From the NCBI GenBank assembly GCA_013265495.1, contig MU058636.1:5429741-5493740 (forward strand): 64,000 bases of DNA. The letters run 5' to 3'. Source of the stretch: Vicugna vicugna (lineage: Eukaryota). Numbering within the stretch: position 1 is the first letter of the stretch; each line of letters opens with the position of its first letter. This document shows, piece after piece, positions 1 through 12,796 of this stretch. A program made the position numbers and the translations under genes. The notes beneath the pieces are model-generated. The model was not told where the DNA came from. It was given only the letters and a program-made list of their open reading frames with translations, and ran no database searches.

Positions 1-1089
1 TTTGACACTAAAATTCAGCTGCTATTATAAAAGAGAGACTAAATGGATAAAGAAACTCATTCCAGTTGACATCAGGCAACAATGGACAACTTGATAATTG
101 CCTGTGGTTAAATCAACCAAGAGTTTGATTTCACCATTGTTCTTATCTTCCACACCTTCAAACACACTATTACACTATGAAATTAAACATCCGATGAAAA
201 ACACGTTTGGGGATTGCCTCATGCCTGTAGGTCACACATTTGAATACACGACTTCTGCAGTTCCATGACATGTCCACTAGAGGCCTGCGAAGAGCTTCTT
301 TCCCCCACCAGTCTCAGAACCAAAAAAGGCCAAAATGGACACATTTACTGATCAAATATCAAATTGATTGCAAAGATCGAGTTGATAGATAACCTCACAA
401 TGAGCACCTTAATTGTGAATAAAATAAACAAAATATAACCCTCTTTCAAAACTCCAGGATCCTGAATTATGAAACTTACAAAACTCCTCATTCATAACTG
501 GAAACACTAAGTTAAAAGAGGTAGGGTGTGGAAGGCTCTGGCCACCGTTCCAGAAGGCCACCAGGCTCTGGTCGGCTTCGACAAGGTGGCAGCATGCACC
601 GAGTGGCAAAGCAGTGGTTAGAACAACCACCAGTGTCCTGTAGGGGCCTCAGGGGAAAGGGGGCTTCCAGAGCTTCAAGCGCACATCACAGAGGAAAGGC
701 ACGCGAGAGGCAGAGGGGAGGTCCTGGGTGGGAAAGCGGGAGAGCGTCTGGGGAAGTAAACAAAGTCATAATTGAAGACAGCTGGGCCAGGCAGGAGCTT
801 CCTACGCAGCAAACAGGGCAAGACAGATGAGCAATGGTGAGAACTCTGAGAGACACAGAGTGAAAGAGAGCCTCGGTTTTGGGGTGAGAGGGTGACTTCA
901 AGCGAAACACAAAGCACGTGCAGTAGGAGAAGCTGGCAGCAGGGCTGAGCGCGCGCGGCCAGCGACTGGGCGAGCCGAGATGCCTCCATTCACTCTCTCC
1001 TCAAACTCAAAACAGGGCTTCACGTCACATGTCAAAAGACACAAACAAAAACCCATCACAATGCACGTCAACCACACCACACACACGTG

Positions 1090-1091
<2 letters not shown>

Positions 1092-1121
<30 letters not shown>
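1092..1121 (+). repeat. (CA)15 microsatellite
   Basis: Direct reading. Confidence 0.97.
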
Positions 1122-1122
<1 letters not shown>

Positions 1123-3089
1123 CTTCTATGTACAGAAATGGCCTGTTTTTCACTAGGTCTGGTTAATTAGCAATCAGAAAAGAGTTGTACAGGGTTTGAA
1201 GAAAGAAGCCTTTGTTTGGAAAAACCTGTGAAAATACTCCCTCGGCAGCTTGTAACTTTCCCTGCAGATCACCCTGGTCCCGTGGACAGGCCCAGGTGCC
1301 AGAGGCCTCTCTGATCCCACACAGAGCTCACATTCAAAGGCAGCGCTCTTTGTTGTCCCCGAGGAGTTAAGCCCTAATGGCTTTACAATCTGCAGGCTTT
1401 TCTGGAGAGCGGCCTGGCGGTTGTCACCGGCTGCCAGAAACAGAGCAGGGACAAGGCTTGGTGAATCCCACAGCTGTTGTGGTTGCTCCGGCTGCCCTGC
1501 CCGTTGGAGGGAAGAGCAGTTGCCTGGGGCATTTCAAAGATGTGCAAAAGAACATAGGGAGACTATGAATCATGGAGGTGAAATTTGCAATTACTGTGAG
1601 CAGATGGTCAGGCCCCATGGTGGAGGAAGGACTTCGGAGCAATGGTTCCTCAGTGAAGACCATGGGAAATGGCAAGTCAGGGAGACTTCACGTTCCCAAA
1701 TAAATCCTTGGTGGGAAAAATATTCAACTATAATGTAATATCATCACCTGCTGCTAGTTAGCGTTGTACTAACTACAACGTTGTTCACAGCCCTGACTTC
1801 TAAACCTCAACAAGCACGACCTGGACAGGAATAAGCCAGCGCGTCCTACCTTCGTGAAAAAGAAAGAAAGGGATGTCACTTCTCTTAGAAATACGGTAAC
1901 GACTCATCCTAGTCCACAGGGTTTCAGAAGGTACCTGCCTGGACCCTGCCTCCAGCACTATGTCCAGCGCTTAATCCTGAAAATCTTCATCTTAAACCGA
2001 GATACTTGGATGGTGGGACAGTGCTGAATGATTCTGAGAGAGATTTCATAATCTTTCGCAAGCTATACCCACTTTTTCCCCCATCATCCTTCTGGCCAAA
2101 GGCTGCTTTTGGATACGTGGTATTCCCTTTTGCTGAAATCTCAGCCTATTTCCTGTTATCCTCATGTTGATTCATCTGAGAATCACATTATCTCTTCTAA
2201 AATGTTGTTTATTTAGTCCATTATGACGCCCACGGTCAGTTTTTACTCATTCTGAATTTAATGATTTCTTTCTTCAGTTCAAGCCAAGAACTCTTAATTT
2301 TAACTCCAATATGCAAAGTACCAGCTAGACACTGTGGAGGAGACAAGGACCACAACTGTAAGATGCTAAAAATCTGAAGAAGGAAACAAACACTTGGGAG
2401 AGAATTCTAATACCTGAGAAAAACTAAGACAGAGGTGTAAACAGAATGCTGTAGGCATATATATAGAGAGAAAATAATTCTGAATTCCTATTGTAGAGAT
2501 TGGAACATTAGTTTCAAAGGAGATAAAATTTACGATGGCCATGTACAGGGTGATCTATCATTCTGATTTTAAAACTGGAAGTCTTGAGACCCATGAAATC
2601 CTTCACTTGAACACCCAAACGGTAAAGGGCAATGAGAACTTAGAATTTATCTCAAGGGTGAGACATGGTGAGGGGCTGTAGGCTGTGAGTAGTAGCGAGT
2701 GGGCTGGCCGGACGCTGGAGCTGCTGGCTCAGCAACCACTCGTGCATAAGGCCCTGGGGAAGGGGGTGAGGTCCCATCAGGCAGGTCAGCAGGCTCTAGC
2801 CTTGTGCTGTGCATCTATTGTGTGTGACACTTGCACAAGGCACTGCAGAAACAAGGCTCGGGGCCTGGCACACTGTGGTGGTTGCGTGGCTCTGTCTAAA
2901 CTGGACACGTGCCCCTCAGCTGTACAGTCCGAGGACTCCCAGGACGCACACGTGCTGACTTACCCAGGCCAGCGTCGCTGCCCTGTCGGCATACGTGTTT
3001 TGCATGATGAGTAAGGGACTGGAGGAGGAGCAGATTCTGGGAGAGAAGTGGTGTTCTGGGCTCTGAGCATCACCTTGAGTTGAAGGTAT

Positions 3090-3255
3090 CTAGTTAAAAA
3101 CTTACAGTCTGCTCTCACATTTATTAACTCATTTTTGAGCTTGATACAGACCCATGAGGTGGGAAACTGAAAGTTTAGAGAATGGCCTTGGTCACACGGC
3201 GAGAAGTAGCCAAGCTGCGATTCCAACTGCAGGTCGCTCCTTGCGACTCCAGAAC
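3090..3255 (-). mobile_element. MIR SINE
   Basis: gggaaactgaaagtttagagaatggccttggtcacacggc...gactccag, reverse of the MIR core. Confidence 0.65.
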
Positions 3256-4164
3256 AGTGGCATTTCTCTTTTTGAGATGATTGAGTTTTATCTGAAACTT
3301 TGAGGAGTTTAACAACCTAATGATTCAGTGCCACCTTAGTGAGTGTCCTCTGTTTAATCATCTAGATTGCTGGTTCGTATATCAAATCTCATAGATTCCA
3401 GGACAGATAAAAAGGCAATCACTCAGTTTATAACCAGTGGTCTCCTCTCTTTTCCTCCAGAATCTTGCAGTCATACTCTAGAAACCTCAGCAATGTATAT
3501 CAAGCACTGCTTAACCTGCAAGGCATTGTTTCAGGCATTGCAGATGAGCCAAAGACATGTAGGACCACAGTTATACACACAGGTTTCTTTAAATTATGTC
3601 TACATAGAAGTATTTGCTGAGCTCTTTGTCTCTGAATAGATCCCCCTCAATGTCTTGGCTTGGGCCCCTGCTGAAGTAGTGATTTCATCAAGCAGAAGCT
3701 GAACGTCTACCCTCAAGATGGAGCACTTTGATCGTTACCTGCTTTTTTTGGCTTAAAATGATTTTTTCTGTCCTTTTGTCTTCAAGGGGCTTTGAGTTTT
3801 GTTTTTTTCTGAGAAGATGCTGTTGAGGATCCAGGAACCAGCCTCAATTATTTTCAAAGGTACCCACCAGCCTTCCTCTCTCTACAGCTCCAGCTTCAAA
3901 CTGTCTTCCCTCTTCCGTTCACTGGTTCCCCCAGATGCTTCAGAAACTCAGGCTCTGGACACGTTCACCACTGGCTGCGGGCTTCTCATTAGTCAAATGG
4001 GACTGCTTGCTATTCACCCACCTTACAAGATCTTTGAGAAAATTAACTATGAAGCTTGAGGGAATTTGAAGTGAAATAATAAGGCCCGTTTCTTATAAGT
4101 TTTTTTTTAACGAAAACTAAAATACTGTGATATTAGTCTTCTGTCTCCAAGAAATTAAGCTCTC

Positions 4165-4265
4165 TTTGGCCTAAAGCAAGTCACTTAAGCTGATGTATCA
4201 GTTCCTGTGTGTAACGCCAAGACAGTAATCCTTACCTAGCTCACTGGGATTGCCCAGTTTAATTA
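4165..4265 (+). mobile_element. MIR fragment
   Basis: gcaagtcacttaagctg...tcagttcctgtgtgtaa...cttacctagctcactgggattg. Confidence 0.5.
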
Positions 4266-4574
4266 ATTATGACTGAAAATGGCATGACAAAATAATTGCT
4301 TTGTAAATGCACCATAAAAACAATTGCACACAATTTTAAGTGCTTTTCACCTCACAACCTACAACTCTGTTTGTGGTGTCTTTATTCATTCTCTGATTCC
4401 TTCCCTATCTAATTCTTCTGCTACAAAAATTTAAAAAAAATCATTAATGGCAAACATGTATGTATTTTTCTGCATTGCTTGCTTCCCAAATTTTTTAGGA
4501 TATTAAGGATTGTCAAAGAAAGTGAGAAAACGCTCAGAAAGCACCTGCCTTGTGATCTCTCTGAGTCGTCAGCA

Positions 4575-4628
4575 CAACAGTTCCCAAAGAGGAATCCTCA
4601 AACCAGCAGCATGGGCAACACTTGAGAC
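4575..4628 (+). mobile_element. MER5A (hAT-Charlie), 5' part
   Basis: cagttcccaaag...accagcagcatgggcaacacttgaga resembles the MER5A start. Confidence 0.6.
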
Positions 4629-5250
4629 CCACTTCCCAAAATGTGCCCAGAGCTGCCCTGGGGCACAGCAGTAAACTCACAAGGACACCTTGAAATATTT
4701 TAAAATTTCAAGGGACTCACAGCAACACTGGACATCTGTCAGACACCGAGCAAACTACTGGCTCAAGGTAGCTGACAACTGTGACATGAGCTCTTCTCAA
4801 TAGCGTTCTCTTTCACGATGCCATAGCTTTGTGAAGCTGGGTCTTTGATAAGCTATGGGTCTTCCATAGCTGCTATGATAAAAACCAAGTTCTTGCTGAA
4901 AATCAGTGTGGAATAGAAAATATGGTGGTGACATCCAATCTCATTCTAAGTTTGAGAAACTGCCGTGTCTACCAGTGCACACATCCCATTATTAAGTAAT
5001 TGTGGTTAGTAACGAAATTTAAAAATTATTTTCTTTCAATTTAAGGGTATTTTTAAATATCTACTAAGTTGTTAGGACATAAGTGTTTTTTAAGTTGTTT
5101 GAATCTAAATACTTAATAAACAGAACTGTGAGGTATTTCTTTCCACCGAGGAATAGGATTGCCTAAGTCTGACAGTCCAACCTATGGGCACAGCAAAAAC
5201 ATTACTGCGACTTCGAGAGAACCACAAACCAAGAAGATTCGGGAATCTGT
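4629..5250 (+). mobile_element. hAT-Charlie non-autonomous element (MER119-like) nested in MER5A
   Basis: Motifs gacatctgtcagacacc, aaaatcagtgtggaatagaaaat, ctactaagttgttaggacataag; decayed ttcccaaa...ttcgggaa terminal inverted repeats. Confidence 0.7.
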
Positions 5251-5253
5251 AAT

Positions 5254-5393
5254 GTGAGAACTTGCTATCAATGCAGATTCTTAGGTCTCAGCCTGGACTT
5301 ACTGACCCGGAAACTCTGCGGGCGGGGGAACCATCTGTGGTTTAACCAGGCCTCCAGGTGACTCTAACGCACATTCAAGTATGAGGACCACCG
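5254..5393 (+). mobile_element. MER5A, 3' part
   Basis: gagaacttgc...atgcagattc...gaaactctg...cctccaggtgactct...gaggaccac. Confidence 0.8.
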
Positions 5394-6389
5394 CAGTAGT
5401 GTATACATACCCTGAAGGCGAAGCTCTGTGTTTGGACATGAGGATGTTCAGCTTGCAAAGTCCCAAGAGGCCAATCTCAGTTCGAATGAAAAAGTACAGA
5501 AATGGCCCAAGTGGGGCAAACAAAACAAACACCAGCCCAAACCAATGTATTTGCACAAACACACACATGCATATATCTATATATCTGTCTAGCTTCCAGT
5601 CATTTTATAACTTTAAAATGATGAAAACTTACTGAATTTCAAAAAATCTATGCTTTATCTTTTCCCTGTGGCATTCTGGAGGGCACACAATGCCTTTTGA
5701 CTTCTGAAAACCGAATCATTCTATCACTGAGTGTTTCTGATTATTGATAACGAATTGTACCATCTTCCTCAGAAGACAAAACTTACGGCTGGCCTGAAAG
5801 TCATAACCCAAAGCTCTTAATGGGAATTTGATTTTCCTTCTACTCTACCTGAATACCCAGCAGGACACCCCTCACACATGGCGTTGGCATTTCCATGGAG
5901 AAGAGTAGGGAAGGGTTGGCGTAGAAGGCGCATGGCTGTTTGAGTGTCAGAGATTTTGAGTAAAATCTCCTTTGCTGAGGAGCAGATCTCAGTATTTCAT
6001 CCCAGTTAATCCCATTAAGCCCTTGTACACATGCAGAGATTTCCCAATTTCTGAGTACTAAGGCAGAAGTTTTCTGCAACAGGCTTCCTTGGGAGCCCCC
6101 TTATTTCCTTAGCATGACGCCCGCAGAATGCCGAGCATGACAAGCAAGCTAGTCAGGAGAGCACAGAAGGGAACCCCTGTTAACGCGATTCCTCTCAGGA
6201 AATCTCTCAGTGGCTTCGTTGCTTGATTCTGAGCAGATAGAGCACGCCCCCATCAACGAGCAACTGGGCCTCAATCCTCGAGGCCAGCGAGGCCGGAGCT
6301 GTGTTAACTCTCGGACTCACAGTAGCTTCCCAGCAGATTTCTTCACTGTTCTTACCAACGCGTTAATTTTTAGGAACTAATTCATGGTC

Positions 6390-7300
6390 ATCTTCCAAGG
6401 TCAGCACAAATTTATTCACTTCTCGTGAACATTTCAGCCTCCTGTTCAAAATTTAATATTTTTGACCACTATCTTCTAACTGAAATTCTTTCTTCCCTTG
6501 GATATATTCTAATTAAATTACCTTTCTATTTTCCTGCTTGGTTTTCTTTCTTCTCCCTCTTCTCATGCACGTGCTTCTCCTGTACGTATAACCGCTTCTC
6601 TTTTCCTCCCACACCAGGCTTTCCAATCTCATCCACACCAAGGAATTCAACTTTCTTCACTGGGTGATGATGTCCTCTCTGCACTCTGGACCTCTCCTGA
6701 AACTCCACCTTTGTCCTTTTTCCAAGTCCCAGATTTCCAACTACTACCTGACTATCAGATTCACCCGGACCCAAACTGAACTCATTATCTTTCCCAGGAA
6801 TGAGATTTGTTCTCTTGACATACTCAGGATTCTTAATAGAACTGCCATTCATAGCTAACTAGATTGAAAAAAAAGAAAAGAGAGAAAATTATTTGAAGGC
6901 ATCCTGTAATCCTTGTTTTCCCTTGGCCCTCACTTTCAATGAATCCATTAATTCATGAAACATCTGTATGTTGAGTACCTGTCGGTGCTGGAAACTGAAG
7001 ACTTGGTTCTTCCCTTCTAAAAGGTAAACAAGTCTCATTTCCTAATGTTGCATGCCTCCTTTCTTTCAGTTTCCACCACTGACAAGTTTTGGAGTAGCCT
7101 CACTTCCCACTTGAACTATTGCAACTGACTCTCCTCTGATTTTCCTGTTTCCAGCATCTTGCTTCTTCAGGTAATCCTGTATCATGGTGCTAGATAAATG
7201 TTCCTGGGTCACAGCACTCATCAGTGTAATGCTTCATCAAAAACTTCCAATCTCTCCTTATCCTCTCTGCCCCTGCAAGGCCCACTTGACCACCCTTGTC
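6390..7300 (+). mobile_element. L2 LINE fragments (degraded)
   Basis: ttgaccactatcttct...ttcttcccttgg, ccaaactgaactcattatcttt, ttgaactattgcaact, typical L2 ORF2/3' motifs. Confidence 0.6.
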
Positions 7301-8304
7301 AAAATTTTCTAAGGAAAAGCCTGCTACTGTCTCTCCTGACACTCTGGAAGACACTGTCTCTTCTCCAAAACAGTTTTCGCCTTTAAAACAAACTAAGTGG
7401 GTTGAAAACTAGTCTTTTGGGCCCCAAATAAAATGAAACATCCTGTCTGATAATAAAGATCAGACTCTGCCAAATTCAGAGAACTGCCTCAGTAGCATTG
7501 ACAGCATTTTCACAAAAAGAGACCAAAGTATGTCTTTCAGGAATGCATCTTACATACAGGGCACCTGATCACTATTATTTATGAACATAGCAGTAGAAAG
7601 TAGAAACATTTTGAAACTCGTTCTTCTCCTGAGTAGTTGCGGTGACCTTGGATTACTTCCAGCTTGGATACTCTGAGTTCCTGTTTAAAACAGCACTCAC
7701 CTTTCTATTATTCATTTATATACAAAAACAGCACCACATAAAGCCCTAGGAATTCAACAGTACATGCAACAGACACAATCCCCACTTCCTTGGAATTTTC
7801 CTTTCTCGGTCCAACCACTGGCTAGTTTCAAAGGCAAAGCCAGATGGTTAGACTAAAGATTTAGCTAAAGACTAAAGACTCATTTGTCCTTAGGCACGGT
7901 AATGGACTAGGATTGGCTTTGCAAGAGATTAGAATGAAGATGTGGTCAAATGAGATGAAAGATTCGGGGGGTAGGAATACACTGCCCCCCAAGGTAAACT
8001 AAGTGATAAAAAATTTTGCATTGGAAGAACAGCATGCCCTTAAAAATCCACCTTTTTTGATTTGTTTATTTATTAAGGAACAGACTAGTGACTTTGAAAT
8101 TTTGGTTTGGAATCCCAGGACCTAAATTTTTGCCATTAAGGGGGAAAAGTTCAGTTTTAGGAAGCAAAAAAATAGTGGAAAATCCATGACCTCTGGGGTT
8201 CTCAGAAAACCTGACCTGAAGGTCCAGTTGTGTCATTTAGTAGTTGTGGGACACTAAGAAAGTCACTTGTCATCCTTGGGCTTGAGTTGATTAATCTGTG
8301 GCAA

Positions 8305-8414
8305 TAATAATAACTAACACATAAGTCCCTATTACGAGTCAAGTGCTATTCTAATTGCTTTACATACATTAATTATCTCTTTAAGTCTGTGAAAGGCTGG
8401 TGAGGTAGGATGAT
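8305..8414 (-). mobile_element. MIR, part interrupted by L1 (continues at about 10401-10445)
   Basis: aataataataactaacac...gtgctattctaattgctttacatacatt...tgaggtagg; resumes as tattatcaacatcatattacaaataatgaaactg. Confidence 0.6.
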
Positions 8415-10400
8415 TTTTTTTAATGTTATAAAAAAACCCATAACATAAAATTCACTGTCTTAACCATTTTAAAATGTACAGTATTTTAGTGTTACTTATA
8501 TGAACATTGTTGTATGTAGATCACTAGAACATTTTCACCTTGTAGAACTGAAACCCTTTACTTATTAAACAACTCCCCATTTCTCCCTCCCCTAGGCCCT
8601 GGCAATCACCATTCTACTTTCTGTTTCTATAAGTTTGACTCTAGGTACCTCACATAAGTGGAAGCATATACTATTTGTTTTTTTATGATTGGCTCATTTC
8701 ACTTGGTATAATGTCCTCAGGGTTCATCTATGTTGTACCATATTATAGGATTTCCTTCTTTTTCAAGGCTGAATAATATTCCATTGTGTGTATATGTCAC
8801 ATTTTCTGTAACTTATCATCTATGATAGAAATTTAGGTTGTTGCTTCCACCTGTTGGTTACTATAAATAATGCTGCAATGAACTTGGCTGTGCAAATATC
8901 TTGTGGAGATTCCTTTTCAGTTCTTTTGGCTATATACCAAGAAGTGGGATTGCTGGATCAAATGGTAATTATATTTTTAATTTTTTGAGGAAGCACCATA
9001 CTATCTTCCATGGCAGCCGCACTATTTTTATATTCCCATCAACAGCGCACAAGGGTTCCAGTTTCTCTAAATCCTCACCAACACTTGTTATTTTTTATTT
9101 TTTTGATAATGGTCATCTTAATGGATTCAAAGTTATACTACCTCATTGTGCTTTTAATACACATTTCCCCGAAGATTGTAACGTTGAGCATTTTTTCATA
9201 TGCTGATTGGCCATTTGCAGATCTTTGGAGAAATGGCTATTCAAGTCCTTTACCATTTTTTTTTAACTGAGTGAGTTATTTGTTTTTGAGTAGTAGGAGT
9301 TCTTTATATATTTTGGATATTAATCCCTTATCAGATATATAGTTTGAAAACACTTTCTCCCATTCCATAGGTTGCTTTTTCACTCTCTTGCTTCTTTGCT
9401 GTGCAGAAGTTTTAATGTTTGAGGTAGTCCCACTTTTCTATTTTTGTCTTTGCTGCCTGCACTTTTGGTGTTGTATCCAAGAAATCATTGCTAATGCCAA
9501 TGTCATGAAGCTTTCCCCTATGTTTTCTTCTAGGAGTTTTACAGTTTCAGATATTATTTTTAGGTCTTTAATTCATTTTGAATTAATTTCTGTATATGGT
9601 GTAAGGTAAGGGTCCAAACTCATTCTTCTGTATGTAGATATACAGTTTTCCCAGCACCATTTTTTGAAGAGACTATCTTTTCCCCATTATGTAGTCTTGG
9701 CACTCTCATTGAAGACCATTTGTGACTACACACATAAAAGTTTATTTCTGGGTTCTCTATTCTGTTCCACTGGTCTATGTCTCTTACACCAGCACCATAC
9801 TGTTTGATTATTGTAGCTTTGTATTATGTTTTGAAATCAGGACGTGTGAGGTCACCAGATTTGTTCCTTTCTAGAGAGTGTTTTGGCTATCTGGAGTGCT
9901 TTGACATTCCATGTGAATTTTAGGATGGTTTTTCTATTTCTGAAAAGAATGCCATTTGGATTTTGATGGGATTGCACAGAATCTGTAAATGGCCTTGGGT
10001 AGTATGAACATTTTAAAAATATTACATCTTGTAATCCATGAACATGGGATGTCTTTTCACTTGTTTGTATTTTCCTTAATTTTTTCCAGCAATATTTTGT
10101 AGTTTTCAGTGCATAAAGTCTTTTGCTTCTTTGGTTAAGTTTACTCCTAAGCATTTTATTCCTTTGAGGCTATTGTAAATGGAATTATTTTCTTAATGTC
10201 CTGTTTGGACTATTCATTATTAGTGCATAAAAATGCAAGTGAGTTTTGTGTATTGCCTTTGTATCCTCTTACTTTGCTGAATTCACTTATCAAACTTCTA
10301 ACAGTTTTTTTGTGGTGTCTTTAGGGTTTTATACATATAAGATCATGTTATCTGTGAACACAAGATACTTTTACTTCTTCCTTTCCAATTTGGATGCCTT
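8415..10400 (-). mobile_element. 5'-truncated L1 (L1MA/L1MB-type), ORF2 3' part plus 3'UTR
   Basis: Begins with T-tract and cataacataaaattcactgtcttaaccatttt; continuous L1 similarity; frame remnant ILKFTWNVKALQIAK resembles ORF2 ILKFIWN..IAK; many frame disruptions. Confidence 0.92.
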
Positions 10401-11139
10401 GTTGGCTGCTATTATCAACATCATATTACAAATAATGAAACTGTGTTCTGTCATATTTATGAAGTTGTGAGTATTCTATGAGCTTACAGGTATGAAATTA
10501 TTCTACAACCTATTTTAGGACCATTGATTTCTGCAATTAATTAAATGTCAAAACATTCATTCATTCATGGTAAATAGACTCTAAGTTATTTCTTAGCACT
10601 AATAGAGGCTGACAAAGACAAAATCAATAGAATGAGTAAAATGAACCTATTGAGGGTTTAAAACCTAGCTGAGAAATAGCCTGGACTTTCAGAATTATTC
10701 TATAGTAGAACAAAACTGCAAACTAAACTTTGTACTCATGTTAAGTGGTGTGTCTGCTTGTTTTCCTGTTTTTGGAGCTTGCAAGACCTATTAATCTCTC
10801 TCAATTAGAAGCTCTATATTACTGCTCCCTGCACGACAGAAATCACAGCAATATCCTCCTAACTGCTGGTTTCTGGAGGCATGGATTCAGCCTCAGAGAA
10901 CACCTCTCCATTGTAACACTCCTTTCTGACTGACTGGGTACAAGAATCCCTGTTTCCTCTCTACTGCTGTTTTGCCAACACAGATGAGATGGGATGATGA
11001 CCCTCACCTCACCCCTAGACCCCACCCTACAGTGCCAAGTGTCTACCCTTCTTCCTCATGGTACTCTTCCTCAGACACTAACCATATGCAACTAACCCTT
11101 ACTTGAATCACACTACCCCCTACCTCTGACCATCCTCAC

Positions 11140-11500
11140 AAACATTCACTCAACAAACATTGACTGAACACTTACTATGTTCTAAAGCTATGAGGGACAA
11201 AAGTAAATAGAAACTTGGTGTGTGTGGTTGGGGGAGAGGTAAGCAACAAAGAGATGCAGTTCAGAGTAAAGACCTTCCCTGAAGTGAAGTCACAGAACCA
11301 TGCGAGAGTATAAGCACTTCAAGAAGCTGTGAGGAATGTAGTCTGTGAGGGTGAAGGATCCCTGGGGAGGGAAATGGCTAGATTCAGGCATAGAGGGAAG
11401 GGCCATTTATGCCATCTTGAGTTTGGATTTTAATCCTGTGGACCATAGGGATTTTCAAGCAGGGAATTAGAGATAAATTTTTTTTCCAAAAAGATATTTC
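11140..11500 (-). mobile_element. L2 3' end
   Basis: cattcactcaacaaacattgactgaacacttactatg; gagtttggattttaatcctg...ttttcaagcaggga. Confidence 0.65.
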
Positions 11501-11694
11501 CAGCAACACTGTGGAGGACGAACAAACCATACAGGGTAAGAGCTTCCTTGCTGCTGGGCTGCTAGTGATAATGGCAGCTTGGACTCAGCTGGGGTACAAT
11601 GGAGAAGGCGGCTGGGCAGAATCAGGCTCCCCAGTGTCCCTCTTTTTCCCCACAATATCTTGTTTCTTTCATGGAACTTGGAGATTTTCATATA

Positions 11695-11810
11695 ATCACT
11701 GGATTACAAATTCCCTGGGGGCAGGAACCACATTGGCCTCACTTATCCGTCAAACCCAGGACTGGCATGAAGCCTGGTACATTGCAGGTGTCTGACAGAC
11801 ATCTGCTTAA
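11695..11810 (+). mobile_element. L2 3' end
   Basis: ggattacaaattccctgggggcaggaacc...gcctggtacattgcaggtg. Confidence 0.55.
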
Positions 11811-12084
11811 GGGGGGAAGGCAGGAACCCGCAGGCAGATGTGGGGTCTGGAGGGCATGGCTCCCAGGCCCCTACCTGGGGCAGTTATCTGGATGGATCCC
11901 TTTATCTGGAACAAGGGATACTGTGAGACATGCATGTAGGGATGGGGAGGTGAGGGAGGAGAGTTAGTGAGCTCTCTGCAGATGAGCCAATTTTCAGCTA
12001 CCTGAGGAGCATCCCGGCAGAGATGCCTAAAGTCGGCCATGTTGCTGGCCTTTGAGAGGTGAGGGCGGAAGACAGGAAATACTA

Positions 12085-12280
12085 AATAATCACTTACTAA
12101 CAGCTTGTCTGTGACCAGCACTTTGTTAGGTGGATTATAAGCATTAACCCTAATTCTCACAACCATTGTGATAAGGAGGCATTACTCTCAAGAGATGAAG
12201 AAACTTAAACTTGAGCAGGTGAAAAATTTCTCCAAGATCACATTACGAGGAAGCAGTAAAGCGGGAGTCTCACCCACTTT
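12085..12280 (-). mobile_element. MIR
   Basis: taattctcacaaccattgtgataagg...gatgaagaaacttaaact...ccaagatcaca. Confidence 0.7.
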
Positions 12281-12319
12281 CACTGCTCCTCACCTTCTCA
12301 CCTCTCCACTCCGACACCC

Positions 12320-12796
12320 TCGTACTCCACAAAAATGGCTGCAGCGATTCCCCCATCCCCGTGTATCCCTTTGCAATTTGAACTTGCTGCTCCTCTTATC
12401 AAGAAGAGACCTTGAATCTGGGCTTGGCCTCATGAGTTGCTTTGATCAGCAAACAGAGCTCTGCAACTTATGAGCCTGGAGTCGAAGAGGTCTTTCAGCT
12501 TCCACGCTCACCCTCTTGGAACTCTGAGACAAGAAGCCTAGGCTAGCCTTCTTGAGGATGAGAGGCCACGTGGAGAGAGAAGCCCAGCTGACAACCAAAA
12601 CCAACCACCAGGCATGTGAGGAAGGCCATGTTGGCTACCCAACTCCACCAAGCTGACTTTTGACACATGGCTGAACCGAGAACCTACCAGCCAAGCGCAA
12701 ACTCCCAACATACAGAACTGCAAACCAATAAATAATTACTGTTTTCAGTTATTAAGTTTGCAGTGGTTTCTTACACAGCAGTAGGTAACTGATACA
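12320..12796 (+). mobile_element. MaLR solo LTR (MLT1H/G-like)
   Basis: aaaaatggc...ccttgaatctgggcttggcc...gaggatgagaggccacgtggagag...aataaa...ttacacagcagtaggtaactgataca (typical MLT1 end). Confidence 0.85.

Noticed and set aside
272..287. CTCF-like CCACTAGAGGCC
   Set aside because: Mismatch in the conserved GGC end; single weak hit.
8901..10470. Several 70-100 aa ORFs
   Set aside because: Antisense or frameshifted readings of a decayed L1.
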